From Lama glama (Eukaryota), in NCBI GenBank assembly GCA_028534125.1, contig CM052816.1, positions 39,000,001-39,064,000 on the forward strand: a stretch of DNA of 64,000 bases. Reading direction: 5' to 3'. The notes under the pieces were generated by a model, which made no database searches, was not told the origin of the DNA, and saw nothing but the letters and a program-made list of their open reading frames with translations. Position numbers and translations under genes: made by a program. Each line of letters opens with the position of its first letter. Positions within the stretch are counted from its first letter, which is position 1. Below, in pieces: positions 37,341 to 51,799 of the stretch.

Positions 37341-39829
37341 TGATAGGGTTTATTAATAGTAAAATATATGTCTTGGGCAGTAATAGGTGATGTAATATAA
37401 AGCTTCATAGTGGGAAATAATAATGGTGACTTTACTCAGCAAGCAAGGATGCTCACCAGCTGACTTAGAAAATAAAAGAGGGATGGTTATGGCTCAGTTT
37501 AAAAACTTGAGAGTCTTCTGATAACTGAGATACAGTCCCTCATTCATTTATGGGGCGCTTCCTAGCTACTGTTCTAGGCACTAGGGATACAATAGTGAAT
37601 AAATACATTCTTTGGAGAAGCTTAATTTCATGTGGTTTTGACATTTCATCTCTAATGAACCCCGAATAAAGTTGGAGACTTGCTTTCTCAATGAGACCTG
37701 ATAATTGAACTTTTCTTTAGCTTCCTTTCCATGTGATTGAATTCTAGCCCTAAATTACAGAACAAAATATATAGTGGAAAGAGTGTTTCAAACTGTGGAT
37801 ACAGTATGGCAATAAAATTTTAATTTGAGTTCCGATTTGACTAAATTAATTACCTTTTTTTGTTGTTGTTGTTACCAAATATTATTTCTGACAGCACGGA
37901 CTACTTCGTATTTCTTCTGGAAAAATGATGAGCTAGGGTTGTAGTTTATCTGTTAATGTTTTAGTTTCACTAAGGAGACCATAAAAATGATTTAAATTGA
38001 GAAAAAATCCTGCCATCAGTTCCAGAATGAAAAACATGTGCTAAGGAAAATCTCTGAGGTTATGTGTGTGTGTGTGTGTGGGCAGCTCAAAAGCCAGCAG
38101 CCAAATAATAAAACTAAAAGGAATATTTACAGATCCTTTGTATGCCAATTTGTTCTCTGGGTTTGTCAGGAAGTCCTACTTAGGTTTTTTATTTCAGGGC
38201 TTTTGGCTCAATTCTGAATAAACAGTGCACATCCATGTGGGAGCAATGAAGAGGAACTGTAGCATCTGGTATGACTTTAAAAATAACTTCCTACTTATAT
38301 AACTGAGATTTCACCAAAGATCAGTGAGATTTTTCAAGTCTGAGACCTAAGGTTGTATAGCATGAAATAGCTCCTTTGGAAGCTGTTGATTCATGTAGCA
38401 CTGCTATTTTGAAAGAAAAACATTCCTACCCAAGAAGCAGATGTTAACAGACCATGGCCCTAGAGTCATAACTCCAGGTTACAGAGATCCAAGTTTGTGT
38501 TCTCAGCTTCATTTACAGTCATTAAGAGCCTTTTACTTTTAATTACTTCTTTATTGATCTCACACCACACATTTCTTCTAGTCTGTTCAAAACTGTCTAG
38601 TTCAGTGGAATGGGCAGGACAGCATTCACAATTCACTGTCAAGCTGGCTTGCTTCTCTACAACACAGAGTGGTGCCTACCAGTTCATTGTTTCTGGATGA
38701 CAGTGTTATTCATGATGTTGTGATCTTCTGAGGCAGAAACCACTTTATTGCTTTAGCAGCTAAGCCCAGGGCTGCTTTTGAAATATGATATTGTAGAACT
38801 GTCTTTAGCTTTTCAGCTCTGGGGAGCTGTGGAACATGTTGAAATCAGAACTTATTTGTGCCCCATCTAAAAAAAATATTCATCTGGGTTCTCTTTTAAT
38901 CTTTCTTTGGAGGATGGTTTTCCTCAACAAGGAGGGTGTCTATAAGTGGAAAGCGCTTCCCGAACAATTCTGAGCTTTGACAAGTCACAATCAATATCTC
39001 ACTATCTGGTAAGTAAGAGGTTTCTAAATATTAGATTATAAAGCTCAGCGTACAATAATGATGTTAATCTTAGGCCCTTAAGCAATATTTTTAGGAGAGA
39101 TGGATTAAAAAGTGGGTACCCATACTCATTTCTTAGCAAACTATAAGTTATTTCTGTGACTTACTCCCCTTTTTTGTGTTCCACTTTTCAATTCTCTATC
39201 TCGATGGTATATGAAGTTGCTGATCCCATGAAATCAATCTGAGGTTCAGGAGAAACTGAAGTACTGATACATATTTTTTTTTAAAAAATGGTTTGTAAAG
39301 GTCTTCCTGCACATACTATCAAAAAGAAAGAAAGAAATGGAGGAGAGCATATATTTTGTAGGCTGTAGTGAAACCCAGCACATCTTTATGGTCTGTCATT
39401 CCATAATCTGGGCATTAGCAGTTGGTTTAGCTGTTATGGCTGTTTTTAATAACTCCTGTCTCTTTTAAGTTCTAGAAAAATAATTTGTATACTCTAATTG
39501 GCCGTCTTTGCCTTATTTCTTTAAATTATGCAAATTTTAGTCATTCCTGTACTCCAAATAATCAAACTACTGTGCTAATGAGAACAGACTGCTTATACTT
39601 AGGCCACAGACTCTACTATCGTGTGCTACAGGAAACACTGTTGCTTTCCTAAATCATGTTAAATGTAATAAAGAATTTTTTTTTCATAAATAAGGAAATA
39701 GGCCTTGAACAATGTGAGAGAAACATGATGCAATATGGAAAAGAAGGGGGCAAGGAATCAAGGAAATAGCTTGATAAAGTATTGAGAGGGGTAAATTTAG
39801 AAAACTTCTTCTACTTCTTTTAGTTGTGT

Positions 39830-39945
39830 GTATATATATACACTTAAACACATCAATAAATATACTTAATATTTACACTTAAATATACTTAATATTAATA
39901 TTCAATAAATATACTTAAACATTTCAATAAACATCAAATAATACT
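39830..39945. repeat. AT-rich degenerate tandem repeat
   Basis: Recurring aaatatacttaa / tcaataaa units. Confidence 0.7.
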
Positions 39946-41049
39946 AGCTTACTCTTTGGTTATTTACTATATCCCTAATGTGTGCACAGAATTCTGTTGG
40001 AGGAGCACGTTTAAAACTGGGGCCCACATTGTAGCATTCAAGCCAGTCCCCAAATATACGTGTTCTCCAGGTGACTGGCTGTGTGAAATATTGTTTGATT
40101 TGGCAGATTTTCTCCAATTTCTTTTAGAACCTTGAAATAGCTGAATGATGGGATATTTCTGTTAGCCACCTGTGAAGCTGACTGTGAGGTTATTGTGACA
40201 GAAATTAATTATTGGGAAATGACTTGCAGTAACTTTGTCATTAAGTTGCATGTAATAATTGAAATTCTCCATGCTGACCCAATCCCAGTCTTTGAATGGC
40301 TTTCTCTATACTGAGTGGATTGTCTTCTTACTTCGTCTTTTCCGTGAGTCTCTGATGCCTGCTCTCAGAGCAGCTCTCTTAACCTTCAGAATCAATATCC
40401 TATATTCTCTTTGTGTGCAAGGCCTCCTGTGTTATTTTGAATCCATTGCTTTCACTGCATGCCTTTATGGAGAGAAAAAATGGAGACACAGTGAATTCTT
40501 TTTTTACATCTTATTGTTTTTATATTTTCTCTTTCTGTTGAAAATTTGCCATCCTATCAAATAAAAATACAATACAATTTGCAAAGTCAACCCAAACCCA
40601 GCATATTCACATAGGGTAATTCCTTTCTGAATATTTTTTTCTATCCTTCAATTTGTAACAGGGTGTTTTAGTTGAGTAAGTGCTGAGACTCATCAATGCT
40701 ATTTGTGTGCAGTTTGACAAACTTTATCTCTGTAGCTCCTATCCCAGAGGTATTTTTGTTTTTCCTTTCTTTGTTCAGGCAAAGCGTTCTTAGCTCATAG
40801 GATCCTTGGGATCCTATGAGAGAAATGTTCCTGTATGTGAAGAAATTACCTGTCAGGATAGGGTAGACTAGCAGGAAGCCTTAGTAGTTTTCGACCCATC
40901 ACACCAAGAATTTTAGCACCACCGTATGTAGCATTGGGAAGGAGAGAAGAGAGGATAAATGTGAAAGAACCATGTTACTAGGTCTCCAGCTCCTCTGCAC
41001 TTGTGCTAAAAAGAGACTAGACGAGGAGCCCCAGGAGTGCTTTACATTT

Positions 41050-41420
41050 GTGCTTCTCAAACTTTAGCAAGCATGAGAATTGCCTGGAAAGCTTGTAAAC
41101 CAGAATTCTGAGATTCTGATTTGGTAAATTTAGAGTGTGGCCAGAGATTTTTAAATTTAACAAACCCCCAGTTCTTCTGATGCTGCAGATAACATGGACT
41201 ACATTTTGAGCAATTCTTCTCTAAAGCACTGACTCTAAAATTTTAGTGAGCATCAGAATCAACTAGGGCTTGTTAAAACACAGACTTCTGGGCTCTACCC
41301 CAGGAATTCATCCTAAGTCTGAGTGGTGCCCAAGTATTTGCATTTCTAACAAATTCCCAGGTGATTTTCCAGGTAATGCTGATGCCACTGGTCCTCAGAC
41401 CACATTTGAGAACCACTGCT
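41050..41420. mobile_element. Two adjacent MER5-type hAT MITEs
   Basis: gtgcttctcaaacttt...ttttgag, a ctctaaag spacer, then gcatcagaatca...tttgagaaccactg. Confidence 0.7.
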
Positions 41421-41641
41421 GTAAAGAATGGAGATAAAGAAGGAGTCTCTAGCACTGTATGTGAAGTCCAGGAAGTCTGTCAGCAGGGGCTTTGAGGCAT
41501 AGCCAATCTGGAGACAGAATGAGGTACTCTAAGTGACAGCTATGACATTAAGGTTCTAGCAGTCTAGAGGATTACTGGAGACATTTGTAGACATGTTGCA
41601 TTTTGCTCAAACCAAATTTTATTTGAATCTCAGAGAACAAG

Positions 41642-41979
41642 TATTGACCTAAAACAAATAGATTGCCAGTTATTTCTCTATCCAAAAAATTTTTTTTTTG
41701 AGATTAGCAGAGAATTGCAATTTGGTGTCTGCAACCATGGTGAGCCACAAGCAATTCTGCCACCCACCAAGGGAAGAACTCTTCTATAGAAAGAAAAGGA
41801 AGTTGGGAATGCTATAGTAAACAGAAAGCACATGGATTTTCATTGGCTCAGTCGTTGCCATGAAAGAAGAATCTTTCTTCTTGTTGTTGGGCTCTCTTAT
41901 CCTCACAGGGCATGAGAGACACCCCTTCTGGCCTCCCGACTCTATTTAACTGAGATTTCTGTTTATTAATTTTTTAACA
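41642..41979. mobile_element. ERV1-like solo LTR, copy 2
   Basis: tattgacctaaaacaaatag...aattttttaaca is colinear with 30873-31188. Flanks caag/taag. Confidence 0.75.
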
Positions 41980-44900
41980 TAAGAAAACTTCACCTGACAC
42001 TTTGTAAAATTTAGAACAGAGAAAATACAGCGTTCTAGTGATTATACAAAAGATAGTCTCCCTTTGGGGGACCCATAAAAAGGCCTGAGAAGATAAAAGG
42101 CTAAGTGAGATGCTCCCTTCACCAGTGTGGATGACTAAATGGATGGGATAGGGGACACACTCTTACTTACTTAGGCCATATGAGTGAAGGGAAGGCAGGA
42201 AGACTTTTGTCTGTGATATTTTAAGGAGAATATTTATGCTTAAAATACCCCCAAAGAACCCTATTTTTTTAATTTTTGAAGTGGAATGCTTACCTCATTT
42301 CAGAAAATGTCACGGGTTAAGTGTTTTCAGCATCTCAGGAGATTTACTCTCAGGACACTCAGTAAAATAAGAGATTCAGAGTAAATCTCTTAATAGTAAT
42401 CTATTCATGTACATTTCAGTTCAATCTCAGAAATGAATGTCTCTAAGGGAACTCTGTACCCAAATTCTCTTTCTGTGACGGGGATATTCTCAAGAAGAGG
42501 CTGGGAGTCACAGGGGATCCTTGATCAGAATCACATGGTGGGAAAATGCTACATGTCCTGCTGATACTCTGTGGTGGTTTCTCTGGTTATAGTCTGTCTT
42601 CCTTCCCAACTCTCTTCTCTTCCACGCTGAGAATTCCAGCCAACCTTATGGATGAGAATATGTGATTCCTCAGGGATGTTGAGGCAGAGAAAAGGTAATT
42701 ACTGCATTTGTGCCTGGTGCATTAAGATTACATCCATAGATTCCAACCACTGGGAGTTTTCGTCAAGTCAGACTCTGCCTTTCCCTTAGGCCACGTATTT
42801 TCCTCTTGTGGGAAACTTGAGGAGACAGTTAAATAAATGGTTGAGCACAAAATGTTCCTTCTTGCTGTAAATAACTCAAAGTGCATCTTGCCTTACCAAC
42901 TGTGGACAAGTTGGGCCATCTTCTCGTGTATGAAGCACACACATATCCTTATCAATTAAATTCTGCTTCTCAAATATGCCCAGGTAATGCTCACCTGAAT
43001 CAAGTATATCACTATTAAAGTGATGACAATTTTGCCTTTTGGTTCATTACCGTTTTGGAAGGTAATGGATTTCAAAAACATCACATTGAACTTCATTTTA
43101 ATGATCCAAAATGAAGAAAGTAAATTTAGATAAATACCAAGAATTAACCATAAAAAGAAGATAGAGCAATATTTAATAAAACTGATATGATTTGCATTTG
43201 AAACAGTTCCACTCAGTTCAACAAACATTTATTAAATGCATATTATATTCTGGGTACTGGAGACACAAAGATGAATAAAGCATTTTTCCTGCTTTCAGTT
43301 AATCCCAGTTAAGGATTGGGGGAAACTGATATAAACAAATAATACATGCAGAAATAGAAGATAGAATGTGGTAGTGGGCAATGTATAGACTTTGGAGATG
43401 GACAGAACTTGAATGCAATCCTGGGTCTTGCTTTAATTTTGTGACTTTAAGTAAGCTACTTTGCTCTTCCTAAGTAACCTTTGTTTATCACCTCTGGAAT
43501 AAAACAAATGCATTCAACAAATAGAAGCTATTAATAATAATAATAGTAATAATAATAATAAAAACTATGTATACAATCCAGAGGTAATATAGCAGAGAGA
43601 ATGATTTTGGGGAGCTGATCAAGGAAGACTTCAAAGAGGAGTTTGTACCTCCAAAGTGTTCTGATATATGAATAGGAATTTTCCAGGTAGACAAATATTT
43701 GTGAAAGGACTCCAGGTAGAGGAAATAACACTTTCAAAGTTATGGGGGTTATGGGAGGTAGAAACTGTGCAAAATAATAAGTTTAATATTGCTATGCCAT
43801 TCATTATTTGTGGAAAGTAATTTGAGATGGGTCTGGAGAAGAGGCAGGGGCCAGTTCCTCATCCCAGCCTGTGCTCTGGCAATTTTGGACTTGATCCTTT
43901 TGGGCAAAGATGGAAATGTGTTTTTTTGTAATGTGTTTTCTGTTTAAGTTTTCTTTTATTTTTGTTTATTTCATCCAAGGTTTAAAAATAGGGATATTTC
44001 ATTTAAAATCCCAGATATTTTTCTGACTTCCCTTGGCAATTTGCCAAAATGAACCTGCATTTGCTCATAGCAACAACTGCTTGAAATAGAGGCTGCCCCC
44101 TCAGGGAGGAATGTGCTTTCTTGCTCTTGAAAGGCAATGAGGAAACTCGGAGGTTTTAAGTAGATTAGTTATGAGGCAGGATATGCCATGGGACTGTCCT
44201 TGCCTCTCCCCACTGCAATGGAGGAGAGGAGGCTGGAATTGAGAACTGGTGATTGGGCATGACACCTTCAAAGGCTAGGTTAATGGAAGAGGGATGTGTA
44301 ATGTTATTCAGGTTGGTAAGGAGATGCTTTAAAAAAAACAAAACAAAACAAAATAAAATTAAACATTACTCTAGGAGAGGGGATATAAATGTCATAAAAA
44401 GACTCCGTAACTGTTACTGGCTGGAGAAGCCCTTGCAGAATAAGATCTCTGTTTTTGTTTTTTATTTTTTGTTTTTTTAAGATGCCTCTTAAGGAAAACA
44501 GAAAACTAAAAGTTAAGCTGCAGTACAAAGTGGGCAATCACTCTAATACCCCTTCTCTTCTCAGAACTGGAAATTCCCCTTCCTCCTCTAATTTAGCAGT
44601 AGAGGTGAGTAAAGAATGGCTATGTCTGACTCACAACTCAAAATCAGCAGCCCTTAGCTGACAGCTTGGAGACATAAAAATTTCCAAGACCCAAGAAGAT
44701 GCCAGAAGCATAATTTCTGTGGGAGATTTCACTATCTAAGAAGGGAGAGGAAGAAGTAAAAGCTGCAAGCACAAGGGAGTCAAGAAGAAGCTAGCATAAG
44801 GAAAGGAAAAGGGGTCTGTGGGGAGACACTCTGCCACTGAAGGGAGCATGCATGTGGAGATGCTGAGGGTCTAGGAAGGGACCTTCAAGAATAAGGATTA

Positions 44901-46454
44901 GGTAAAATAAGGGTGCAAAGCTATGCAAAGTCCACCCTGACCCAATCTACCACTCCATATAATTTGTATTTTACCCCCTGAAACCTCAGGTAAATGGCTG
45001 TTTGGATCTTTAGGTTCACTGGTAAGAAAGATGAGAAAATACTATCCCTTCAGTCTGGAACGGTGAGCATCTACATCTTTCCTATGACAAATTGGGTGGC
45101 AAATGGAGCCACTTGTGGACTTTATACAACCAGAGAAGCATGCTACTTGCTTCTCTGACCATTTTCTTCACTCCCCAGAGGAGCAATACACACTCTTCCC
45201 TGTGGGCTGAAGATGAAGTGCCTGGGTTACAGACAGATACATCACTGGCTGCAGAGTACCTACTGAGTGATTTGGTATATGCATGTACAAGATTGGGGGC
45301 AGGGGTGGGGGGACATCAGTTAGAAGATTTTTGAAATAGTTTAAACAAAGAGGAGGGCCTGAACTAAAGCTTTAGAGTGGATAGACAGGAGGTGATTTCA
45401 TGATATCTCGTATCTCTGGGCTTTGCTCTTGCTCCACTTGAACCAGATTGCCCTCCTTTATCCATTCAAATCCAGTGCTACATCCACTGTGAAGATTTCC
45501 ATAAGAAGAGTCAAATATTTCTTCTCTGTACACTTTCTACTTTTATAAATAACTTAATTTTAACAAGGAGGTATTTTGTTGAAACTCTGTCTGCTCACCA
45601 GAATTCAAGTTTTTAAAATCTGGGACACAATGTCTTGGAGAAATGCAGTCACCTACATCAATGTGACATAGTTATTAGGACTGAGAAGAAAGACTACCTG
45701 TGTCAACAACATGAGTTAGTGTTTTGTTCAGGAAACGTTTGCCCCAAAAAGATAAGACCTAAACCAATAAATAGTTTCACTATTTATGTCAGGTAATTCC
45801 TGCAAATCAATTTATCTGAGACAACAGTCTGCTCATCTAGGCAAATAGCTCACTTATCAAACAGCAGATTACTTATCAGGACCCTCATCTTATATGAAAA
45901 CCAACCTTAAACTACTATGCCATGACCACTGCTCAATCCCAATCGGTTTTCTGCTTCGAAAGACCATTCTTAAACCACTTGAGCCTAGACCTCCAACTCC
46001 TATAAGTTCTCTCCCTTCTGTGACATTCTAAGATTCTGTCAAAGATTCTTGCTATAGAAAGGGACATTGTTGAGTGCTAATCTTCTGGGCTATTCAACAT
46101 CTTTCAGTCAAATCCAGCCTAGACTAGCCCATCATACTGCTTAATAAATATTTGTTTAAAGTGATACGTAACAGAGAAAATCAATATGACATGTGCTTTT
46201 CTTGGATGGGGGCAGGTAGGGAAAGAGTCAGGGATGCTTCCAAAGTACTAAATATTAACTTGTGCCATCACTTAAGATGGCGAAAACACAAGAGCAGATT
46301 TTCAGTAAGAAGATAGTGATTTCCACTCTAGACGTGTTGAGTTTGAGATGATTGCTATAATGTGGAAATAGAGATGTTCAGTTCTATGCTCAGTGATAGA
46401 AGGCTCCAGATATGTTTTGTGGGGGAGGTTGGGAACTTGTATTCTTAATCATTG

Positions 46455-46637
46455 ACTCTCAAAGTGTAGTCTTCAGACCAGCATCATCAGCATCACTTTG
46501 AAACTTGTTTGGAAATTCAAACTTGGGAGCTCCACAATAGACCCGCTGAAATGAAAACTCTATGGATGGGGTTCAGGTATCTGTTTTAACAAGCCTTCCA
46601 GGTGATATGATGCACCATAAAATTTGAGAACCATTGC
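46455..46637. mobile_element. MER5A-like MITE
   Basis: tctcaaagtgtagtc...cagcatca...ttttaacaagccttccaggtgat...tttgagaaccattg. Confidence 0.75.
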
Positions 46638-46854
46638 CGTAGACATTAATTACAACGACCAAGGTCTAAGACAATATTTCACCCAAACTTCTGGTGATGC
46701 ACTTGCTAAGGCATGCTAACCCTGTGTTCTTTGCATGAGTAGGTCCTCTCTAACATGGAGGCCTGAGTGGCTCCTTAGCAAAACAATTAAATGTCTTACT
46801 TGCTGCATCTGAATCTGGTTATACTGTTTTCTTCTTTTGTGCCTTAGAGAGTCA

Positions 46855-46985
46855 ATTGCTTAACCTTTCTGAGCCTGTGTTTCTCATCTGTAAAATGGGA
46901 ACACTAATAGTACCTACCTCATTGAGTTCTTAAGATGATTTAACTAGTTAATTTACATAAAGTGCTTAAATCTGTAATAAGTTTG
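46855..46985. mobile_element. MIR SINE
   Basis: cttaacctttctgagcctgtgtttctcatctgtaaaatggg. Confidence 0.8.
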
Positions 46986-47120
46986 CTGCTTTTAAAATCT
47001 TTACTTCTTGAGAAAGTCTCTGCCCTTTTACCTACTTAACTAAATTTTTTTCTATCTTTACAAATTTACCTTAAGCCTCTCATCTTTTGAAAGCTTCTAC
47101 TGGTTAGTCATCTCATTAAT

Positions 47121-47171
47121 TATCTTACATTACTTGGCCCATAGGAAGTATCTTACAGTACTTGGCCCATA
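47121..47171. repeat. Short direct duplication (23-bp unit, 28-bp period)
   Basis: tatcttaca[t/g]tacttggcccata occurs twice. Confidence 0.8.
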
Positions 47172-49982
47172 AATATATTAGTTGAGTGAATGAACAATCT
47201 AGTCCTCATTTCTTATTTCTTCTCTGACTTTCATAGCTTTTATTATCAGTGCCGCTTGTTTTGGCACTAAATTATACATTGTATTTAGGCGTTGCCTCCT
47301 GATTATATTATGAGCTGTTAGAGAGGAAGTATTGTGCCTTACTAATCTCGTCCACCTACACAGCACCTGGCACAGTGTTGACAACGTAAGTGGAATTCAG
47401 TAATAACGTGTGAAAAATAAAGAACTGAATTTATTTTGGCCTCAAATCTATTTTCTCTGTTAAGTTTTTTTGCAATTTCTTATTCCCCCAACTCCTCCAT
47501 CATAATTTCAGAATCTTTAACTTCTACTATCACTTTCTCCCAAGAGTCATAAAATGAAAAGAATAGGGATTTTTTTCCTATTTCTGTTGTCATCCAGTAA
47601 GATGAGTCTTATTATTTTGAGCCTGCATGTCAACATCATAAATTCAGGCTAATATTCCTAAAGTTATTTCTTGAGTCAAAGCCAGGGTATTACGAATGGC
47701 CTATTGCTCTTAAACCAGAATAATAGTATGCTATTTCTCTCTCTCTCAATAGACCTTTAAGGCTAAGATATGATGTTACTTATCCTTTATGTAGCCTTAT
47801 TTTTACCAGCAGCTTCCTTCAGCTTTCCTTTAACCTTTTGATAAGCTCACTGCTTTGTGTATCCCTGTGTTGAAATTCTGCTGACACAGAGAAATTCTTC
47901 TTATATAGTTATGAAGCTCCTTTAAACATGTAGAAAATTAGTATAATGTGTCTAACAAAAGAAGGCACACTTTGGAGGCAAATAAATCTGAAATAAAAAT
48001 TTTAGCTTTCTTACTATTTAAGCTCCCTTACTATTAAGCTACTCAGCATGTCTGAGTCCATTTACTGGTCTGTAAGCAGGGTTGTAAATATTCACCTTAT
48101 GGTACTGTGTGAGGAGGTTAAATAAGTTATAAATTGTACTCAGCATATAGAGGGTTTTCAATTAATGGTGGATTTTATTATAAAACAAAGGAAAAGAACA
48201 AAATAGTGTAAATCTCAGAAACAGAGTCTGCTTTAGAGTCTATACATTGTCATTATTTATAAAATATGATCTCTAATATGGTGGACATTAGTTCTATTCT
48301 GAATTTCTATTTACATTCTGTTCAAGAATGGCTTTATCAAATCTCAAATCACTATAATTTTTACAGTTGATCTTTAAATAAGATCTCCTAACTAATTATG
48401 TAACTGAAGGGTCTCTCCTATATAGTGGGAATGTGACACACTTCACCCTGAAAACGCTGTTGACTACTCACCTGTGATTCAGTAGATGAGGAATTTTCCT
48501 AGCCTTAGGCGGAGGCTGGCTACAACTAACTGATTATTCACTAAGCCCATTTCCTCTCCTGGGAAACCTTGAGTGTCCTTCCTTCAGGGTCTGTTAGGAA
48601 TAGTTATTCTCCCCAAAGTCTCTTCCAATTCTTTCATACGACTCTAGCAGAGACAGTGAGAAACTGGAAATCTAATGACAATTATTTTTTTCTCCTTTAG
48701 AAGGACATATGTATTTAAAAGGAAAACAGGAAAGCCTTTCTAGGCAGGCAAGGCTCAGTGGTCCTTGGTGGCTCAGAGACTTCTGAAGGGCTGTTTGGAG
48801 ATAAGAATATAGTAAAATACAAACATGTTACGTGGTTACTTAGGGCATATGCCTATATCTATACCCATTTTTTTCCTGCAAAGTACCTGGAATAAAATTC
48901 TGAATCCAGTTGTAAGTACCATTAACTTATACATTATAATAGCTACTGTCATTCCTGCCCACCTCCATCATTTCTTGCAGGACCCGGAGCTACATCAGGA
49001 CCCATCAAGGGGGCAATGGTATTCTTAAATAACTTGGAGTTCAGAACTAGAGGCAGAGAAAAGTTAGGGCTGGTTTATAGAAGTTGACTTCAAAGAAGGA
49101 CTCATGTCTAACCAGAGGGCAGACTTCACTGAAAGCCTTCTTTTTCACATTGCCAAATACAGCTTCATTTATTTTAATAAACTTTCTATATTTTAGAAGA
49201 TGAATCTCTCTTAGGGATCTAAAAACTCAAGTCATTCACACATTGGCATGAGTTGCTTACTTGAATTCAATAGGTTATTACAGTCTGGTGGTCTACATTA
49301 TGAAACATCACAAATGTGTGATAGATTGAATAGAAGAGTAAACCATTGGCATCCGTAAATAATGGTTAAAGTGATTAAATTATAGCTAAATATACGTTGT
49401 GCTGTAATTAATTTTTGTTTTCTATCCCTCCTCCTATGGAGAAAAGTGAAAGAGTGTTTTTCATTTTTGAGTAAACATAGTTCTCAGTCCTTTAACTTAT
49501 GACTATGAAGAAGTATGTTTGAAATCAGGAAGAGTCAGAATGTCCTCACTGTTCAAATTTGCTTTTGATTTATGAAAGCCCCATCCTGGCATTTGTGCTT
49601 CCAAGTTATTTCCATGCTCTTTCCCTGTCATGGTCTCCATCCTTTATCTCATCATCCTTTTAATATCTTGAAAAATTAGTCTACATTTATTTCTACTTCC
49701 TCTCCCTCGTTTGCTTTTCAAATCTTTGTAATCCAGAGTTTGTCCCCACCATTCACCTAATGCATTTCTCAAAGCAAAAAGGTGTCCTCCTATTAGTTAA
49801 ATTGAAGGTATCCCCTATCTTCTCATTCATTCAATTTCACTACAGAATTGAATCATCTGCTCATAGTTTCATTTCAGAGGTTTTTCTCCCACCTCTTAGA
49901 ACACCTGATTTACTCACTCCTCTTCTAGTGCCCATAGTTCAAAAGGAAGAATTCCTTCAAGATTCTTCCACAGCTTAAACCT

Positions 49983-50141
49983 GTGGTTCTCAGCCTTGGC
50001 TGTGCATGTCAAACACTAATGATGCCTGTGTCCCCCTCCCAGAGGTTCTGATTCAGTTGTTCCAGGGTGTAGCCTGAGTACTGGTAGCTGTTATTAACAG
50101 TTCCCCAGGTAGTTCTAACACTCTGCCAAGATTGAGAACTG
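49983..50141. mobile_element. MER5-like MITE
   Basis: gtggttctcagccttggctg...ccccaggtagttctaa...ttgagaact. Confidence 0.7.
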
Positions 50142-50851
50142 TTTCAAACTGTAGCTCAGATTTTGAGGGACACTCTTATTATCATTGAGACTCAAACAAA
50201 ATTGACATAAGCTCCCATGCCATGGGAGGGCCCAGGACCTCTTTAATTAACTGTGAATCCTGAGAGCTGACATTCTGATGGCCTTCTTTTTCCAAGTTCC
50301 TAACCTCTTAAACGTTTGATATCATTTGTATCTCACTTCCTAAACCAATTGGTCCTCTTGCCTCTGGCTTCACAGAAGTCATGATGTAGAACTCAGCCTC
50401 CATTCTCCACTATCTCCATGAACTACACACTGAAGACAGTTTTGTGGTATAAGGGTTTGTAGTCAATAAGAGTTTTACATTAAAGCAAATAGACATGGAC
50501 AATTTCTGTGTAGACTCCAATCTCCAGCCATTTTCCTGAGCCTTCCCTTGCCTGCAAAATCTTTCTCACACCTTAATTATCTTCATAATAATATGAATAA
50601 TAATATGAAGATAATTTAGTAAGTAATTTAGATTTACATTCCTTTTCACACCTCTTAGCAGCAGCCTTCTCCTTCTGCTGTCTTAAAGTGGAACGGGGTA
50701 GTTTGTAGACTGATTTTCCTCTGATATAAATAACATCTCCTTATATCCATTTCCTTACTCCTTCCTTCCTTAGAAGACAGAAGTCCCCACGTTCGATTCT
50801 GGATTTAGCATTTTTTTAATCCTACAATAAAAGGCTTTAGTCAACCATTAC

Positions 50852-51042
50852 TGTGGTAGGCAGAGTCTTAAAATGTCCCCTCAAGATTCCCATCCTCTGG
50901 TTATCCAATCAAACACTTACGTAGGTACTGCTGTGGAGGAATTTTGCAGATGTAATTAAGATTATGGGCCTTAAAATAGGGAGATTTTATTGGATTATCC
51001 ACGTGGGCCCAGTTTAATCACATGAGCTCTGAAAAGCAGAGA
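50852..51042. mobile_element. MaLR MLT1D/E-like LTR 5' part
   Basis: tgtggtaggcaga...ttttgcagatgtaattaag...taatcacatgagc. Confidence 0.75.
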
Positions 51043-51799
51043 TCAATAGATTGGAAAGTTCTGCTAAAGAATTAAGAATACAGAGGATCTTGATGTGTGA
51101 TGAAGGTATTTCAATCAATAACTGTACTGAATATCTAGCCTAGGTGGCATAGTAAATGTATGATTTCTTCACTCCCTGTAGCCCAAACATATAGCAACAA
51201 TGGAATTTAAAAAGGAGGGGTAAGTGCCAATATCAAAAACAAGATAATCATCTCCATGAACCAAGAAAGTCATAGAAACACAACACAGTGAACAGAGCTG
51301 AATCTCCAGCTTACTGGTCTCTGAGTCATTTGTGCTTGAGATTTGGGATCTTGCAGGGTAAAGGGTCGAGGAAGGGGAGTCAGAAGTCAGATGTTGGGAT
51401 GGGACTGCCTCTCTTATGAAAAGAATCTTAAAAATGAAAATAGACACACTCTGCCTGTCCTCTGTTTTAGGCTTTGAGAAAGTTCTGTGCCTAGGGAGGC
51501 AGAAGGAAACAGACATAGCCATGGGACCAACAATGAGTCAGGGTATCCCAAGGTGACCAAATTTTGCAAAATCTGCAATATCTCCATAAACAGGACCCCA
51601 AATCACTGTGATAAGGTTCTGGTCTGGGATTCTGGAGGACTGTATGAGACAACTGCAAAATCAGAAGCATGGCAGTGATACTGGGGTGGGGGAGGGTCGG
51701 CGTTGAAAAATGAAAAGAGAAAAAGCTTCTTATTCACAGTGTATTTGTAATCTGTCTCCACTCCCTATGTACCCCCACCCCCCCAACACCAAATAGTCA

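Noticed and set aside
30873..41979. An 11-kb provirus bounded by the two similar LTRs
   Set aside because: Each LTR has its own TSD, the copies are diverged, and no gag/pol/env lies between them.
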